From positions 204,601 to 265,322 of the forward strand of contig WELA01001907.1 in assembly GCA_009602735.1 (NCBI GenBank): a stretch of 60,722 nt of DNA, given 5' to 3'. How positions within the stretch are numbered: the first letter of the stretch is position 1; each line of letters opens with the position of its first letter. Below are positions 26,020-42,758 of the stretch, one piece after another. This DNA is from Mesotaenium endlicherianum (taxonomy: Eukaryota). The translations under genes were made by a program, and so were the position numbers. The notes under the pieces were generated by a model that saw only the letters and a list, made by a program, of their open reading frames with translations, ran no database searches and was not told the origin of the DNA.

Positions 26020-26370
26020 CTACAATGATAGGCGAGCCAGAATTTGCAGCAACTCGTCTGCTTCCACTGCGCTTCGCTCCTGATCCACAGTCAAGCCACG
26101 AAACCGCCGGGTGAATAAAAAGGAAGCCAGTGGCGGCTTTAGAAAGATAATACAAATGCCTCCCGAGGTACAGTTTAGCCACTAACAGATGTTACGGGCA
26201 GTTGGAAAAATTGAGAGAATCGAGACCTCTTTGGCCTTGTGCAAGAGGCTTAGAGCCCTCTGAACCACACGTATACGATGGGATGCATATATGGATCCAG
26301 GCGGATGAGTCTTCAATGTCGTCAGCTCTGCTTCAAGGGATCTTCTTCTCAGTAATTCGTCAGCTTCCAT
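26020..26370 (-). CDS. Two-exon 67-aa small protein immediately upstream of the F-box gene
   Basis: Exon 26370-26227 (48 codons) plus a GT-AG intron plus exon 26079-26020 gives MEADELLRRRSLEAELTTLKTHPPGSIYASHRIRVVQRALSLLHKAKEERSAVEADELLQILARLSL*. Confidence 0.7.
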
Positions 26371-26806
26371 ACTCCATAGGCGTCTTGAGAAAAACAAAAC
26401 AAAGTATTGCAAGCTAGAAGACTGCTCTTACTAACTATAAAACGGAAGTGACGGGCCTTTCGACTTTCCTGCTCTTCACCCCAGCGCATGAACTTGATTT
26501 CGAAAGAACTTCTTCAGTGAATCAATTTATCGCAGCACGAATGTGTACGTCAGCCTTTTGCGTCTCGGTCGCGAGTGGTGGTTCACGCGTTGCGTCCACC
26601 GACATCACTTCTGCGAAGGCGAGCTCTTTCATTAGACATTCTAATATCGAGCTGCAGCAGCACCTATTGCTCCTTACATAGGCTCCTTACATACTTGGAC
26701 ATGCTTGTACTGGCTCGTGTTTTTTCAGGCTACCGTTAACGACGAGCTAGTATTTCTGCTGCCTTTAGGACCAGTGCAACATAGCCATCAGTAGCTGTCG
26801 TTCGAC

Positions 26807-28824
26807 ATGGCGGCGAGAGCCCTGCTTTTATGTCCACCTGCTGTGTTTGCGGCCTTGGCCCCTTTCAGCTGTTCATTAAGTCGCCTTTCATCGCGACACA
26901 ACACTTCCTCTGCATCACTCTTCGCAGAAAAGAAATGCTTATTAAATAATATAGACGTCATTAAGCACGAACGACATATAGCCGTCAAATCATCTTTGGC
27001 CGCTATAGATACATATGGTCTAATCAAAGACGATGAAGATGAATTCTATGAAGTGCCGGTACACACTGTTCGAGTGCACGATAGAAAGACTAACACATGG
27101 TACGAAGTTCAGGTGCCAGAGGTGAGGCTCATACCTCTTGCAACTTGGGCCTCATCTTTCGGCAAGACGCTTAGCTCGTGTGTTTCTTGCAGAGAATCTG
27201 TAAGTTTGACTTGCATTTTTGCCTATTTGACTCGCAGGATCAATATATACTACAGACTGCGGAAGCAATGGACATCAACCTTCCCTTTGCCTGCAGACAT
27301 GGTTACTTTCCCAATAACAGCTCCCCATGTCCTCTTCTCGCTTTTTCTTATCTTCAAAAGTGGTTGGCTCGATAGCAGGCACCATGTGAAGGGAACAGGA
27401 GTTGCTGCTTATCAAATTCAGGTGACGGCAAGTTGGTCTCATTGGCTCAAGGTGCTGTGTGCCTCAACCTGGTGTTTGACAGGCTGCTGTACTGCGTGCG
27501 CTGTGAGAATAAAGTCGGGCGAATTGTCACAACCACGAGCACTGGGTATCTCCCCTGAGCTCAAAGAACAGGTCTGCAACCCTTTGCCAGCGCTGCGTCT
27601 AGTGTGTGTTAGCGTCTCTGCCCCTCTAGTAGAGCACTAATAGGATGCAAATGTTTAAAAGTACTTCGTGGCCGTGTTTTTACTGCCCCTGTCCACGTAT
27701 CTGAGGAACTTGTGTGAGCATATACGAGTATGAGCTTGGAAACTTTCCCATTGCTGTGCCTGTTGCAAGTACCTCAAGTCTGAGTCTGAAGAATGCAATG
27801 ACTACATGTGTGGGGGCAGGGATATGCCCTTCTATGTGTGGGTTTCCCCCTCTCGGACTTGGAGGTGGAGACACAGGATGAGGACGAGGTGGGTGGGGGC
27901 TTCTCTTTGCAGCACGCTTGTCCCACTGTCATCACCTGCCACTCTGCTTCGTGGTTGCATTGAATTTTTTGTGTGCTTGCATTGGATGACATTGTGGTTC
28001 GTTAATTTCAATTGTCAATTACATACCTAGCACTTGGCGGGAAACCTTGTTGCCTGGCTGGTTGGGCTTATCAACTGATAAGTGAAGGTAGTGGCCACTG
28101 GGCTATGGTGCAGTATCGTGACTGCGTACTCAAGGTTTTTTTCTTGTGTGGAGCTTCGTGCATCCCTTGCCGATGCTTCATTGGACTGATGCAGATCCTA
28201 CTGGATCACCACCACCATGGTTCTTTTCTTGCTTATCTCTAGCTAGCAAATGGGGTGCTTGAGTGTCTTAATACTTACTTCAGCAGGCTGTTCCGCAATC
28301 CTACTGGATCACCACCACCATGGTTCTTTTCTTGCTTATCTCTAGCTAGCAAATGGGGTGCTTGAGTGTCTTAATACTTACTTCAGCAGGCTGTTCCGCA
28401 ATCCTACTGGATCACCACCACCATGGTTCTTTTCTTGCTTATCTCTAGCTAGCAAATGGGGTGCTTGAGTGTCTTAATACTTACTTCAGCAGGCTGTGGC
28501 GCTGCCTTCTCTTTGCAGGTATACTGGTTGCAGTTTGGTCGTTATTTTGCTAAGGGCCCGGTGGTAAGTCATATTTGTGCACTACAGCCTATATGTATCC
28601 CCTCGTCTTGCCTTCAATCGTGCACTTCCAATTCTTTGTGGAGTGCCCTAATGTGTTCCGGACTTATCGTTCACGGGTGACTTGCATCATGTTTGTCAAG
28701 CGTGAAGCTGAATTACACTGGTAGTATTTGCTGTAAGGAAGATGCATGCTACTGATGGAATTTCTCTCTTGTTTCCCAGGAGCGTGATGACTACGCATTG
28801 GAATTGGCAGTAGCAGATGAGTGA
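26807..28824 (+). CDS. FdC2: Ferredoxin C2 (2Fe-2S, C-terminal extension), plastid-targeted, 6 exons
   Basis: Exons 26807-27121, 27238-27301, 27483-27571, 27820-27888, 28519-28563, 28780-28824. Motifs LPFACRHGCCTAC, GYALLCVGFP and EDEVYWLQFGRYFAKGPVERDDYALELA. Confidence 0.93.
28195..28497. repeat. Tandem repeat, 103-bp unit x ~2.9, inside FdC2 intron 4
   Basis: The unit ATCCTACTGGATCACCACCACCATGG...CAGCAGGCTGTTCCGCA starts at 28195, 28298 and 28401. Copies look identical. Confidence 0.95.
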
Positions 28825-30173
28825 AGTTTCCTGAGACCTTCGCAAGGCGTTGGCACTTCTTGTTGTCGCTGTAAAAGTCTGCCGGGTAAATCTTCAGTAG
28901 AAAGCCTGACCTTCATTGGCTTGCATAACTTTGCGTCACTCTTCTCACAGCACCCTTGCTGATAAGCAGCTGTGATGAAGGGTGGAAAGGTGTATGGTCT
29001 CGATGCTGTAGTTCACCTTATAGGATGAGCGTGGTACAGGTTACAAGGTATTGCTCGGTGCGTTCGTTGGTATTCCACGATACATTACCAACTGGCTTCG
29101 ACACGTTGATGGGAGTTGCTGATTCCATCCAGCATAAAGAGGTTGCGTAGCTGTGTGTTGCCCCTTTTCAGTTGATGAGCTTCCGAACTCTGTATCATTT
29201 TTTTCTAACTTGCCATTGAGACAAATCCTGTACCCATCACGTATGTTGTGCTTTTGGGATCAATCCTGTATATGCATAGCACCTCACTTTCATGGGTACC
29301 TCTGTTTGAGTGATGGTCCTTCACATTAGGTAAATAATCAAGTATGTATGTTTCTGTTCCATCTAAGTGGTGGTAAGGGCTTTATTGGTTGCTAAACTTT
29401 TGGGCGATGCCTTTTGCCTTAGTTCACTCTCCAAAGTTACATGAAGAAACCTTTCAACTTCAGATTTGCACCTAAATGATATTGAGAGTAACACTCTAAC
29501 AAGCGCCGATGGGGCCATTTGGAGACATGTTTTGGAGGTTCTTGCTACCTTCACCCTTTGTTATTAGTGGACAAAGAAACTTCTTGATTTAAAGCCATTC
29601 AATTAAAGTATTACTGACACATGATGAGTACTTTTGGGCGGAGTTGTAAAAAATCGAAGACGAAATTACAGCTACGAGTTTACGATTATTCTAGAAGCTA
29701 CTTCATAGAGAACTTTTGAAAAGGGGAAATATTGGAGCTACATACATACAAAGATAAATAATTTCGAAAGGAAAAGAATGGAAGTATATCGTTCAGCAGT
29801 CGATTGTGCTTACTTCCATTTGAGGAACACATGTCACGTCGAGGCTCATGTAGTCCGTGAAGGATCTCATTGGCTCGCCGTGGCAAGTCTCGCTTATACT
29901 AGTCAACCCTGAGTCAACCCATTGCCAAGTTTTTTCTCGCGCAAGGAAGTCGGAGTTCTTATGTCTATGTAATTTTACACCCGTCTTATACAAGTAACTC
30001 CCTGAAGTGGTCTGTGGTGGAAAATCGTCGGACCTTGAAAATCTCCACATTTATGATGAGGCATATACCTTTGTGAGTAAGCAGTCTGTTCTTTTGGATA
30101 TACATATAATTTAGCGCCTCGGAGTGGCAAGGAGCTTCAAAGGCTGGTGGCTGGACCTTTAAATTCTTTCAGC

Positions 30174-33100
30174 ATGTTCTCCAGGAAAACAGCGGTGCAA
30201 GGTGCAGGAAAGGAGTTAGCTCAACCTATTCGCCTCGTGTACACCGACCAGAATGGGCGTTTTGTGATGGACCTCGAGGCAGTGGCCGCCCTGAAGAAGG
30301 TGAAAGGACCTGTCGGTGTGGTAGCCGTATGCGGCAGGGCTCGCCAGGGGAAGAGCTTCATTCTGAATCAGGTGAGACGTGAGGGTTAAGCATCTCTGTG
30401 AATTTCCTTCCCCAAGCCTATATTGTTGGGGACTCTGCCTTCGGGCTACGGTTATGAATGATCAGTGGTGTCAGAGGTGGTTCCTCCCTCTAAACTGCTA
30501 TGGTTGTAGTATGTTGCCATGTTCTGACTCCGTTGTTGTAAACAACTGGGTCGGGGGGNNNNNNNNNNNNNNNNNNNNNNNNNNNNNNNNNNNNNNNNNN
30601 NNNNNNNNNNNNNNNNNNNNNNNNNNNNNNNNNNGGGGGGGGTGAGGGAGACGTTCAGCTGCTCGGAAGGAGCAACGGTTTTCAAGTGGGACCTACTCAC
30701 AGGCCGTGTACGAAGGGGTTGTGGATATGGAGTGCTCCTGTCCCTCGGGAGTCTCCTGAAGGCAAATACCACTTGCTGCTCCTTGACACAGAGGGCATTG
30801 ATTCATACGATCAAACGGTGAGCTGCTTAATTACCATCACAGGGGAAGCTCAATCCATATTTTGCAACCTCTTGTCACTTGCCAGATGACGAGGTGGACT
30901 GACGGGACAGATGTGCAAGGTGTGTGAAGATAGCCGTCTGCGTCCTTGCATGGCCCTTCAGTGACTGCTAGCACGCCCTTTGGCAACTGACGTGGAGGGG
31001 GGCGGGCGGGTGGGCGGGCGGGCGAGAGCAGGGGACATACAGCACCCAGATATTCTCGCTGGCAGTGCTGCTGTCGTCGCTATTTGTTTACAACCAGGTG
31101 AGAACGCCGTCTCCGCCGACCATGCAGGCCGTTTGCGATCTTTCAATGGTGTAGCCACATTGTCGGTGCCAGGCTCAAAGATGTGATGCTCCTACCAGAT
31201 GATGAAGAGAAAGGAGTGCGGGAGTTTTGAGATGGGGGGGGGGGGGGGGACAGATGGGGGGAATCGACGAGGCTGCCCTGGACAGGCTGTCGCTTGTCAC
31301 CGAGATGACAAAGCGCATACACGGCAAAACAGGTGCAGGTGGTGGGGCCTCGCCAGCTGGCGACCTCGCGCAGTTCTGTCCCGCGTTCCTGTGGCTTCTG
31401 CGGGTACGCTCCGCCGCCCTCTACCTGCCTGCACCTCCCCGTTGCCAGCCCTCCAGACATTCCTGCGGGTTTTAAGGGACCGTGTAGCCGGCCCGGAGCT
31501 GACCGGGCCCCAGTCCCGCGCAGGACTTTTATCTGGACCTGGAGGAGGAGGGGGGCAGGCGCATCACGGCGCGCGAGTATCTGGAAGCGGCGCTGCAGCC
31601 AGCGCCCGGTTCATCGCCCGCTGTGATCGCCAAGAACGAGGTTCGCCCGCCCGCCCGCCGCCTAGCTAGCTAGCTGGGACACCTGGCACCCTCTCTGTCC
31701 AGTGGGCAGTCTGAGCCGCAGGCTGTGTGCAGCAGGGCAAAGCATGGGCTCTTAGCAGGGGGGCTGCCTGCTGCTGGGGCGGGCGGGTGCGAGGGGCAGA
31801 TCCGGGAGTCCATCCGAATGCTGTTCCCGGACCGCGACTGCTTCACGCTGGTGCGCCCGCTCAACGACGAGAAGCAGCTGCAGCAGCTCGACCGCGTTCC
31901 GGTCTGTTCCTCTCTCCCACCCCCCCCCCTTCTCTCCCTGTGCCTGTAAGTGCAGGGGGCGCCCCTCCCTCCATACGGCGAAGCAGCCAAGCGTGGCAGG
32001 GGGGGGGGCCTGTCCGCCTTGCGTGAGGGGATTGTTGAGCCCGTTTCAGCTCAGCTGCGGCTCCTCACACTGGCCGCTCTAGCTGCAACTGCTGGTGGGT
32101 GGTGTTGGCAAGAGGAAGCAAAGATGGAGAGGATGCGGCCGGAGTTCCGGCAGGGGCTGGAGGCGCTGACGGACTCCATCTTCGCGCGCGCGCGCCCCAA
32201 GCGCATGGGCGACACTATCCTCACGGGCGGCCTGCTGGCAGCGCTGGCGCAGGCGTACCTGGATGCCCTCAACGCCGGGGCTGTGCCCACCATCTCCACC
32301 TCCTGGCAGGTCAGACCACTATCCCCCGCCACCTGGCACTCCCTCTCTTTGGGTTTTGGGGGGAGTATCGTGGGAGAGGGGGGGGGCNNNNNNNNNNNNN
32401 NNNNNNNNNNNNNNNNNNNNNNNNNNNNNNNNNNNNNNNNNNNNNNNNNNNNNNNNNNNNNNNNNNNNNNNNNNNNNNNNNNNNNNNNNNNNNNNNNNNN
32501 NNNNNNNNNNNNNNNNNNNNNNNNNNNNNNNNNNNNNNNNNNNNNNNNNNNNNNNNNNNNNNNNNNNNNNNNNNNNNNNNNNNNNNNNNNNNNNNNNNNN
32601 NNNNNNNNNNNNNNNNNNNNNNNNNNNNNNNNNNNNNNNNNNNNNNNNNNNNNNNNNNNNNNNNNNNNNNNNNNNNNNNNNNNNNNNNNNNNNNNNNNNN
32701 NNNNNNNNNNNNNNNNNNNNNNNNNNNNNNNNNNNNNNNNNNNNNNNNNNNNNNNNNNNNNNNNNNNNNGGGGGGGTGTTGGAGGAGAGGGTACATGCAG
32801 AGAAGGCATTCAGGGGGAGGGGGATGAGGTACAAACGGATAACGGTGGTGGTGGGAGAGGGGCGTGTGGGCAGAGCGTGGCGGAGAGCGAGTGCCGGCGA
32901 GCGCATGACGCCGCGCTGGACGCGTACCACGCCGCCTTTGACAAGTCGGCCCCGCCCACGGAGGTCCGCCACCCTCCCCTTGACTCTCGCGGGTTTGCTG
33001 GCTGCTTCTGGCCCGTGCCTCCTTGGGGGCTTCTCCATCTCCTCCTGTCACGGGCGGGGGGTGTGGGTTGCAGCCCAAGCACCTCCCGTGCTGCTCTCAC

Positions 33101-33535
33101 ACACGTAGTTGAGGGGCGGGGCATGTGGCAGGCAGCGCTAGGGGTGGCGCAGGAGGCGGCCGTGCGGAGGGCCATGGGCGTGTTTGCCGACACCGCTGTG
33201 GCCTCCGCCAGCTGCGCCCGCGACTTTGAGGCCCGCCTTCAGGCGGCCATGGCCAAGTCCTTCCAGGTCTGCTCCCTTTCCCTGATATTTGTGTCGAGTT
33301 TTGGAGAGGCGACGACACTCCAAACCTGCAGTCCACGTGGCGCTCGCTGTCGCTTGCTCATGGCTGGTGGGTGATGCTGAGAGACGGGGTGGCAGGAGCA
33401 CAGCGCCAGAGTGTATGCGGAAGCGGAACTGGCGTGCGCGCGTCAGGTGGGCCACATGGAGGCCCAGCTGTCGCGCGCGGCCCACTCCTCCACTGCCACG
33501 CTGGACTCGGTCCTGCAGGTATGTGCACTGTACCC

Positions 33536-33567
<32 letters not shown>

Positions 33568-34510
33568 CGTGTGGTGGGAAGAGAGCGTGTCAGTCTCATC
33601 AGATAATGGGAGTCAGAACGTGATGGGTGACGAAAGCTGATGCCGATGTCTGCTTGCTTTCTGCTCTCATTTTGTGTGTGTGTGTGCGCGTCCGCAAGCA
33701 GCTCCTGGATGGATTGCTGGCGGAATACGAGCACAAAGTGGAGGGCCCTGCCAAGTGGCAGCACCTTGCTGCCTTCATGCACAAGAGGTACAGCTGCTTC
33801 TGCTTCAGCTGGTGACCAGCTGCCGCGGCTGCTGGGTGATAACTGGCTGCGTATGGAGAGGGCCCATCTTTGGCTGCTGCTGCTCCCAGCATGTGGTGGA
33901 GCGGGAATGATGACGGGAGGGGTGCGTATGCGCAGCTTTGGGGGAGTGCTGCGCGACCTGGTGGACCGCCGGGCCCAGCAAGCATCTGCTGAGCTGGCGG
34001 CATCAGAAGCGCAGGTGAAGGCTCTGAGGGAGAGAGTGAGTGCGGTGGAGCAGCAGCTGGCGGGCAGCCAGGAGGACGTGCACGAGTGGAAGGCCCGCCA
34101 GCGAGAGGCGGCCGCGCAGCATGCGGATGCGGCCCAGAGCCTGGCCTCCCTTGAGGCGCAGTCGGCTGGCCTCTCCAAGCAGCTGAACAGCGCGCTGGCA
34201 GCGGCTGCCAGCTGGCAAGCAAAGCATGAGGCTCTCGAGGAGAGGGCGGCAGCGGTGCGGCGCACGCTCGAAGCGCAGCTGCAGTCTGCCGGGAGCCAAG
34301 TCAGTGTGTTTTCTTCTGCTGGTGCTCTCCCTTGCCGGTTGTGAGAAGCATGAAGCTTTGCTGCAGCTGTAAACTCCGTGTATGCAAGGAGGGACATTTG
34401 AGGCCGGGGACGGGTTTGATCCTGTGCGGGCGGGCGCAGACAGCAGAGCAGCGGCGCAGAGCGGAGGCACTCGAGGAACAGCAGCGAGCCGCTGCTCGCA
34501 GCCAGGTGCT

Positions 34511-34548
<38 letters not shown>

Positions 34549-36209
34549 GTGGCATCTTTCAGCTGCAGCACTAGAGGCGCGCCCAGGGCGGGCTGTTTGT
34601 GTAGAAGTGTGCGGTCATATACTTCTGACTTTCACTGGGGCTGGGGGAGCTGATGCAGGAGCAGCAGCAGCAGCAGCTGGCATCGGCGTCGCAGAAGTTG
34701 TCGGAGCATACCTCTGCAGCTGCGGTGCGCTTGCTCAACCCACCTGATGCCGCTTCACGATCTGGCTGGTTGGCAGACAGACCGGCTGACTTCATCCACA
34801 GCCTTGCCACGTTTGTCTGCAGTGGTCCAGCTCCTCTAAGGGTGTCTCGCCGTATCTTTTCTCTGTGTTTGGGTGCGTGTGTGTGCGTGCGTGTGTGTGC
34901 GTCTGTGTGTCTGCAGGCCTACCAGGAGCAGCTGCAGCACACTAAGAGCGAGCTGAGTGCGGCACGAGCGGAGGTGCAAAATTTGCAGGCAGCAGCTGTG
35001 GCCATGCAGGAGTCCAGTGCCTCCTCTGGTGCGTTCGCCGCCCGTGCCTTGTTGTGGTGCAGGAGGAACGGAGGATAATGTCTGGCCATCCTCCGTGCCT
35101 ATTGTGGGGCGTGCTGGTTTGTGTACATTGTCTGAGGCTGATGAGTTCATGTCTGCGCCTTGCTTTGAGAGACAGGTCGGGAACTTCAGGCGGCAGCCAG
35201 AGTAAAGCAGCAGCAGCTGGAAGCTGAGCTGCGATTGGCTCAGCAGAGGGCCAGTGCTGCAGAGGATGAGTTAGCGCGGCAGCACCTGGCAGCTAAACGC
35301 AATGTGGAACGGGCGGAAAGATTTGAGAAGATGCATGCCGCTTCAGAGGCTGAGGTTCAGCTGCTGCGCCGGAGGGTGCAAGCAGCAGAGCAAGAGAAAG
35401 GCGACCATGAGAGCAAAATGGGGCGGCTGATGGGCAACATGCACTCCAATGAGCGTCACAGTGAAGGCTTGCAGAAGAGACTGGCAGACGCCGAGGAGCG
35501 GCTGCGACAGTTACTGCAGGATAACCGCGACGCAGTTGCCAGAGGTTTGTACTCCAATCATTTCCCTTGGGCGGGTCCTCGTCTACACTTTTTGTGAGCC
35601 TCCACCATATATATACACATATATATGTATTACTGGCCTTAGGGCCTTCCAAAGTTCTCAGGCTGATCATAATTTTGAAATGTATATTGTCTTGCACGGC
35701 TGACAGGGAGATCCGCAGAAAAATCTGCAGAAGATCTGAAACAGCAAGTCCATGAAAAGGAGGTGCAGATGGCCACTTTGCAGAATGAACTTACCACCTC
35801 AAAAGCTCATGAGGCTGCTCTGGAGGACGAATTGAAGAGCACGGTGTCAACAGGTGGTGAGACACCTCGGAGAGGCAAACGAGCACGTGAGCCGGAGCCA
35901 ACTGACGGTCTCTCCCATGAAGCAGAAGGTGCTGGACTTTCTAGACAGTCGACCCAACGAAGGAAACTTGATGCAGCTCAGACTCAGACCCCTGTGAAAG
36001 AGGAGACTAAAGAGGTGGAGGAAGTAGACCCGGCTGTGCAACACCAGGCCCAGGCCGAGGGTCAGGATGCAGTGCAGAAGCTGACAAAGCAGGAACTCAA
36101 GCGTAGGCTCACAGATATGGGCTACGGGCACGAAGTGCTTGCACTTCGCAATCCATCCAAGCCAGATCTTGTTAGTCTCTATGTCAAGCATTTAGATGCT
36201 GGAGTATGA
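30174..36209 (+). CDS. Guanylate-binding protein-like GTPase (GBPL3-type) with long coiled coil; multi-exon, spans two N-gaps
   Basis: P-loop VCGRARQGKSFILNQ, THRPCTKGLWIW, LLLDTEGID, FLWLLRDFYL, DRDCFTLVRP, GAVPTISTSWQ, coiled-coil exons, and C-terminal KLTKQELKRRL..LRNPSKPDLVSLY. Confidence 0.9.
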
Positions 36210-36630
36210 AATACCACATCACTGGCAGTTGCACACAAATGTCTTGTTCCTGACATGCTCCTGTGCTTCACTCGACATGTTGAAAAATTTGCGACTCACA
36301 ACTAATATACAGATTCATTATCATTGTTTTCGCAGACAGGAAGGCAAGGAATATGTTTCGCAATTTTGAAGTAGATCAAGACATATGATGTTGACCTCTA
36401 ATATACCCACTGCAATCTGACCTATACACTGTAGCCATCTTTGAAGACTGTTATACCCCACGCCCAAAAGGGTAGCTACGGGTAACTTATAGATGACCAC
36501 CATATTGTTTGGACTAACGCAGGCAATTGACCAGCAGTACTAGCTAACGTGGAGCTGGGAGCACAGGGGTGAGCCATTCTATGAGAACAAAATCCAAAAT
36601 GTAAAACCTTGATCGCCTCACTAATTGTGC

Positions 36631-40599
<3,969 letters not shown>

Positions 40600-42758
40600 C
40601 CTGGCCGAGTTCCCTTTAACAACACAAATGGACGAAGTACACTACAATATGCACAATATATTATATGTAAAGAACGTCCCCTTTCTGGCCGGTGTACGAG
40701 AAGCACTTGCTACTCTATCGCTCTTCCTGTGCGATGTGAGGCCATCTATGACTGATACACGAATCCAACAAGGCTCTTAGAAAGTGGACGATGCTAACTA
40801 ATGTACAGAAGCTTGATGGCTAGATGAGGTAACTACCACTACCTACCGGACAAAGTCGAGGCCCGTAGAGCTCAGGGGAAACAACGTCCGACCGACAGTA
40901 CCATCTTATCGACTCCTTCCTCTTGCTTAACGACCCCTCATAGCACCCAATTCCGTCCGCTCGGCACGGCTCATCACGGTTTGGTTCTGGTGAGTTGTTT
41001 TCGACGTTGAACGTCAGATCGGCACTCGCGGGTGGTCGATAAAAAAGTGTTCAACGGCCATTCGGTCAAGACGATAAGTTTCAACTCCCTCATCTTTTGG
41101 TGACTAAAACTCACTAAAACAACAATTACTCACCATATTTGATTAGGGACAACCTCATAAGGTTCTCTTACTATTCAGCAAAATGACATGCACTGGCGTG
41201 CCTGCGCTCATCTTACAGATGTCGTACTTTTACATCCTTTCAAGCACATTATTCTCGATACAATCAACACTTTTCTTTCTCTTGACCTCAATGTTTAGTA
41301 TGTGCTCCACACCTCTCCACCCTCAAATAATGCACCAAAGTTTGTTCTTCACACAACTCTTCGGCATTGCTTATATAGGGTACATATAGGATACTTTGTA
41401 AGTTTGGCATTGTTTGATTACTTTTCCAGTAACTTCCTTTCGCAAAATTTGCTCGGAACTAAAGTCTTTTGGCTTCTATTTTAATTGTGATAATTTACTA
41501 CAATTATCCCATAAAAACAACTATCGATTGTAACTATCAAGTGCTCTCGAAATCTGTGTAATGTGTGAGTGCCTACTTCAACAATTATATTACTTGCTGA
41601 ATTAGTTTAGGTGCATGCTCCTATGGGGTGCAAAGTGAGGAGCAGCACATCACACCCTGCTTCCCGGTCCTCCAGTCGACACCTTCGCGCTTTTACCTGA
41701 CTCCCCTTAGCTGCTTCTATTCTTTTCCCAATTTTTGCAATTAATTTTGTAGCGATAGGGGGGACTGGGCGGGGAAAGTGGGAGGGGAAGGGGAAGGGGG
41801 GAGAGGAGAGGGAATTGGCGGGGGCAAATAATCCCTTCTCAAGAAGGCCCATTGAGCAAGCACTGGAGAGACCAAGGGGGGCTGCAAACACCAAGTTTCA
41901 TTGTGTGGGACACAGGTTCGCGAGCCACTGTGCAGCCGGCAAGAAGCATGCCTGTCTCTGGCAGGGATGACAGTCGTTCTGGAGCTTGAGGGGCAGCGGA
42001 CCTTCGTCTTTTCCTTCTCTAAGCAACTCTCTCAATAGCTCCTTATCTCCTCATGTCACTTCTTCAGCAGGAGTGTCCCATTTGAGCTCTCAAATGTCTC
42101 AAAAGGCCTCAGGGCTGGAACTCCTACAAGATGTCCTCAGATCAATCAACACTCAACATCACTGAGCCCTTGTCCGAGCCTCAACCTATCCTTTGAGACT
42201 CCTCCATGGGTGTCTAGCACAGAATTTGCAAATATTGGCTCAAGCCTCCTGGAAGCAATTGACAACATCAAGTCGTCCACAGTAGGGACGTAATCTGTAA
42301 CTGGCTGGAACGTTTCCAATGTGCACTAGACAAACATCCCCTTCTCCTCCCCTCCTTATTTTTAAGCGTACAGCCGGGGCCCTGAGAATTGTCAACGTCA
42401 TTGCTGTTGATTGACACTAGACATTGTGCGTGGCAGCTGTAGGAACTGTCACCTCTCAGCGGCCAAGCTGATGATACACAACTTCATACTCTTGGTTAAC
42501 GGGGAAGGGCCAGATGAAGAGTGCGTCCAATTTCCACCACCGTAAGTATCGACCTCACATTCTCCAGCTTGAGGACCCCCCCTTATCTTCAGTGCTGTAC
42601 ATCACGTGCTGGATGGAAAGCCCATCGGGTCTTGGAGCTTGTTGCACTTGTGCGTTTCCTTGTGCTCGGGTGGTGCTACGGGTGAGAGTGTGCACGGGGA
42701 AGAGGTAGATGGGTGGGTGGGTGCTGCTGTGTGCCTCAAAGTCCTACTTCCACCCCGA

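Noticed and set aside
28195..28497. Possible CRISPR-like array
   Set aside because: Head-to-tail identical units with no unique spacers, in a eukaryotic intron.
31950..33374. Long ORFs containing X runs (also 59515-60582)
   Set aside because: Artefacts of translating through N-gaps and introns.
33138..34571. 477-aa minus-strand ORF
   Set aside because: Antisense shadow of GC-rich GBP coiled-coil exons and microsatellites.
41180..42750. Possible gene between PP2A and element D
   Set aside because: No coherent exon chain or recognisable domain; probably old TE debris.
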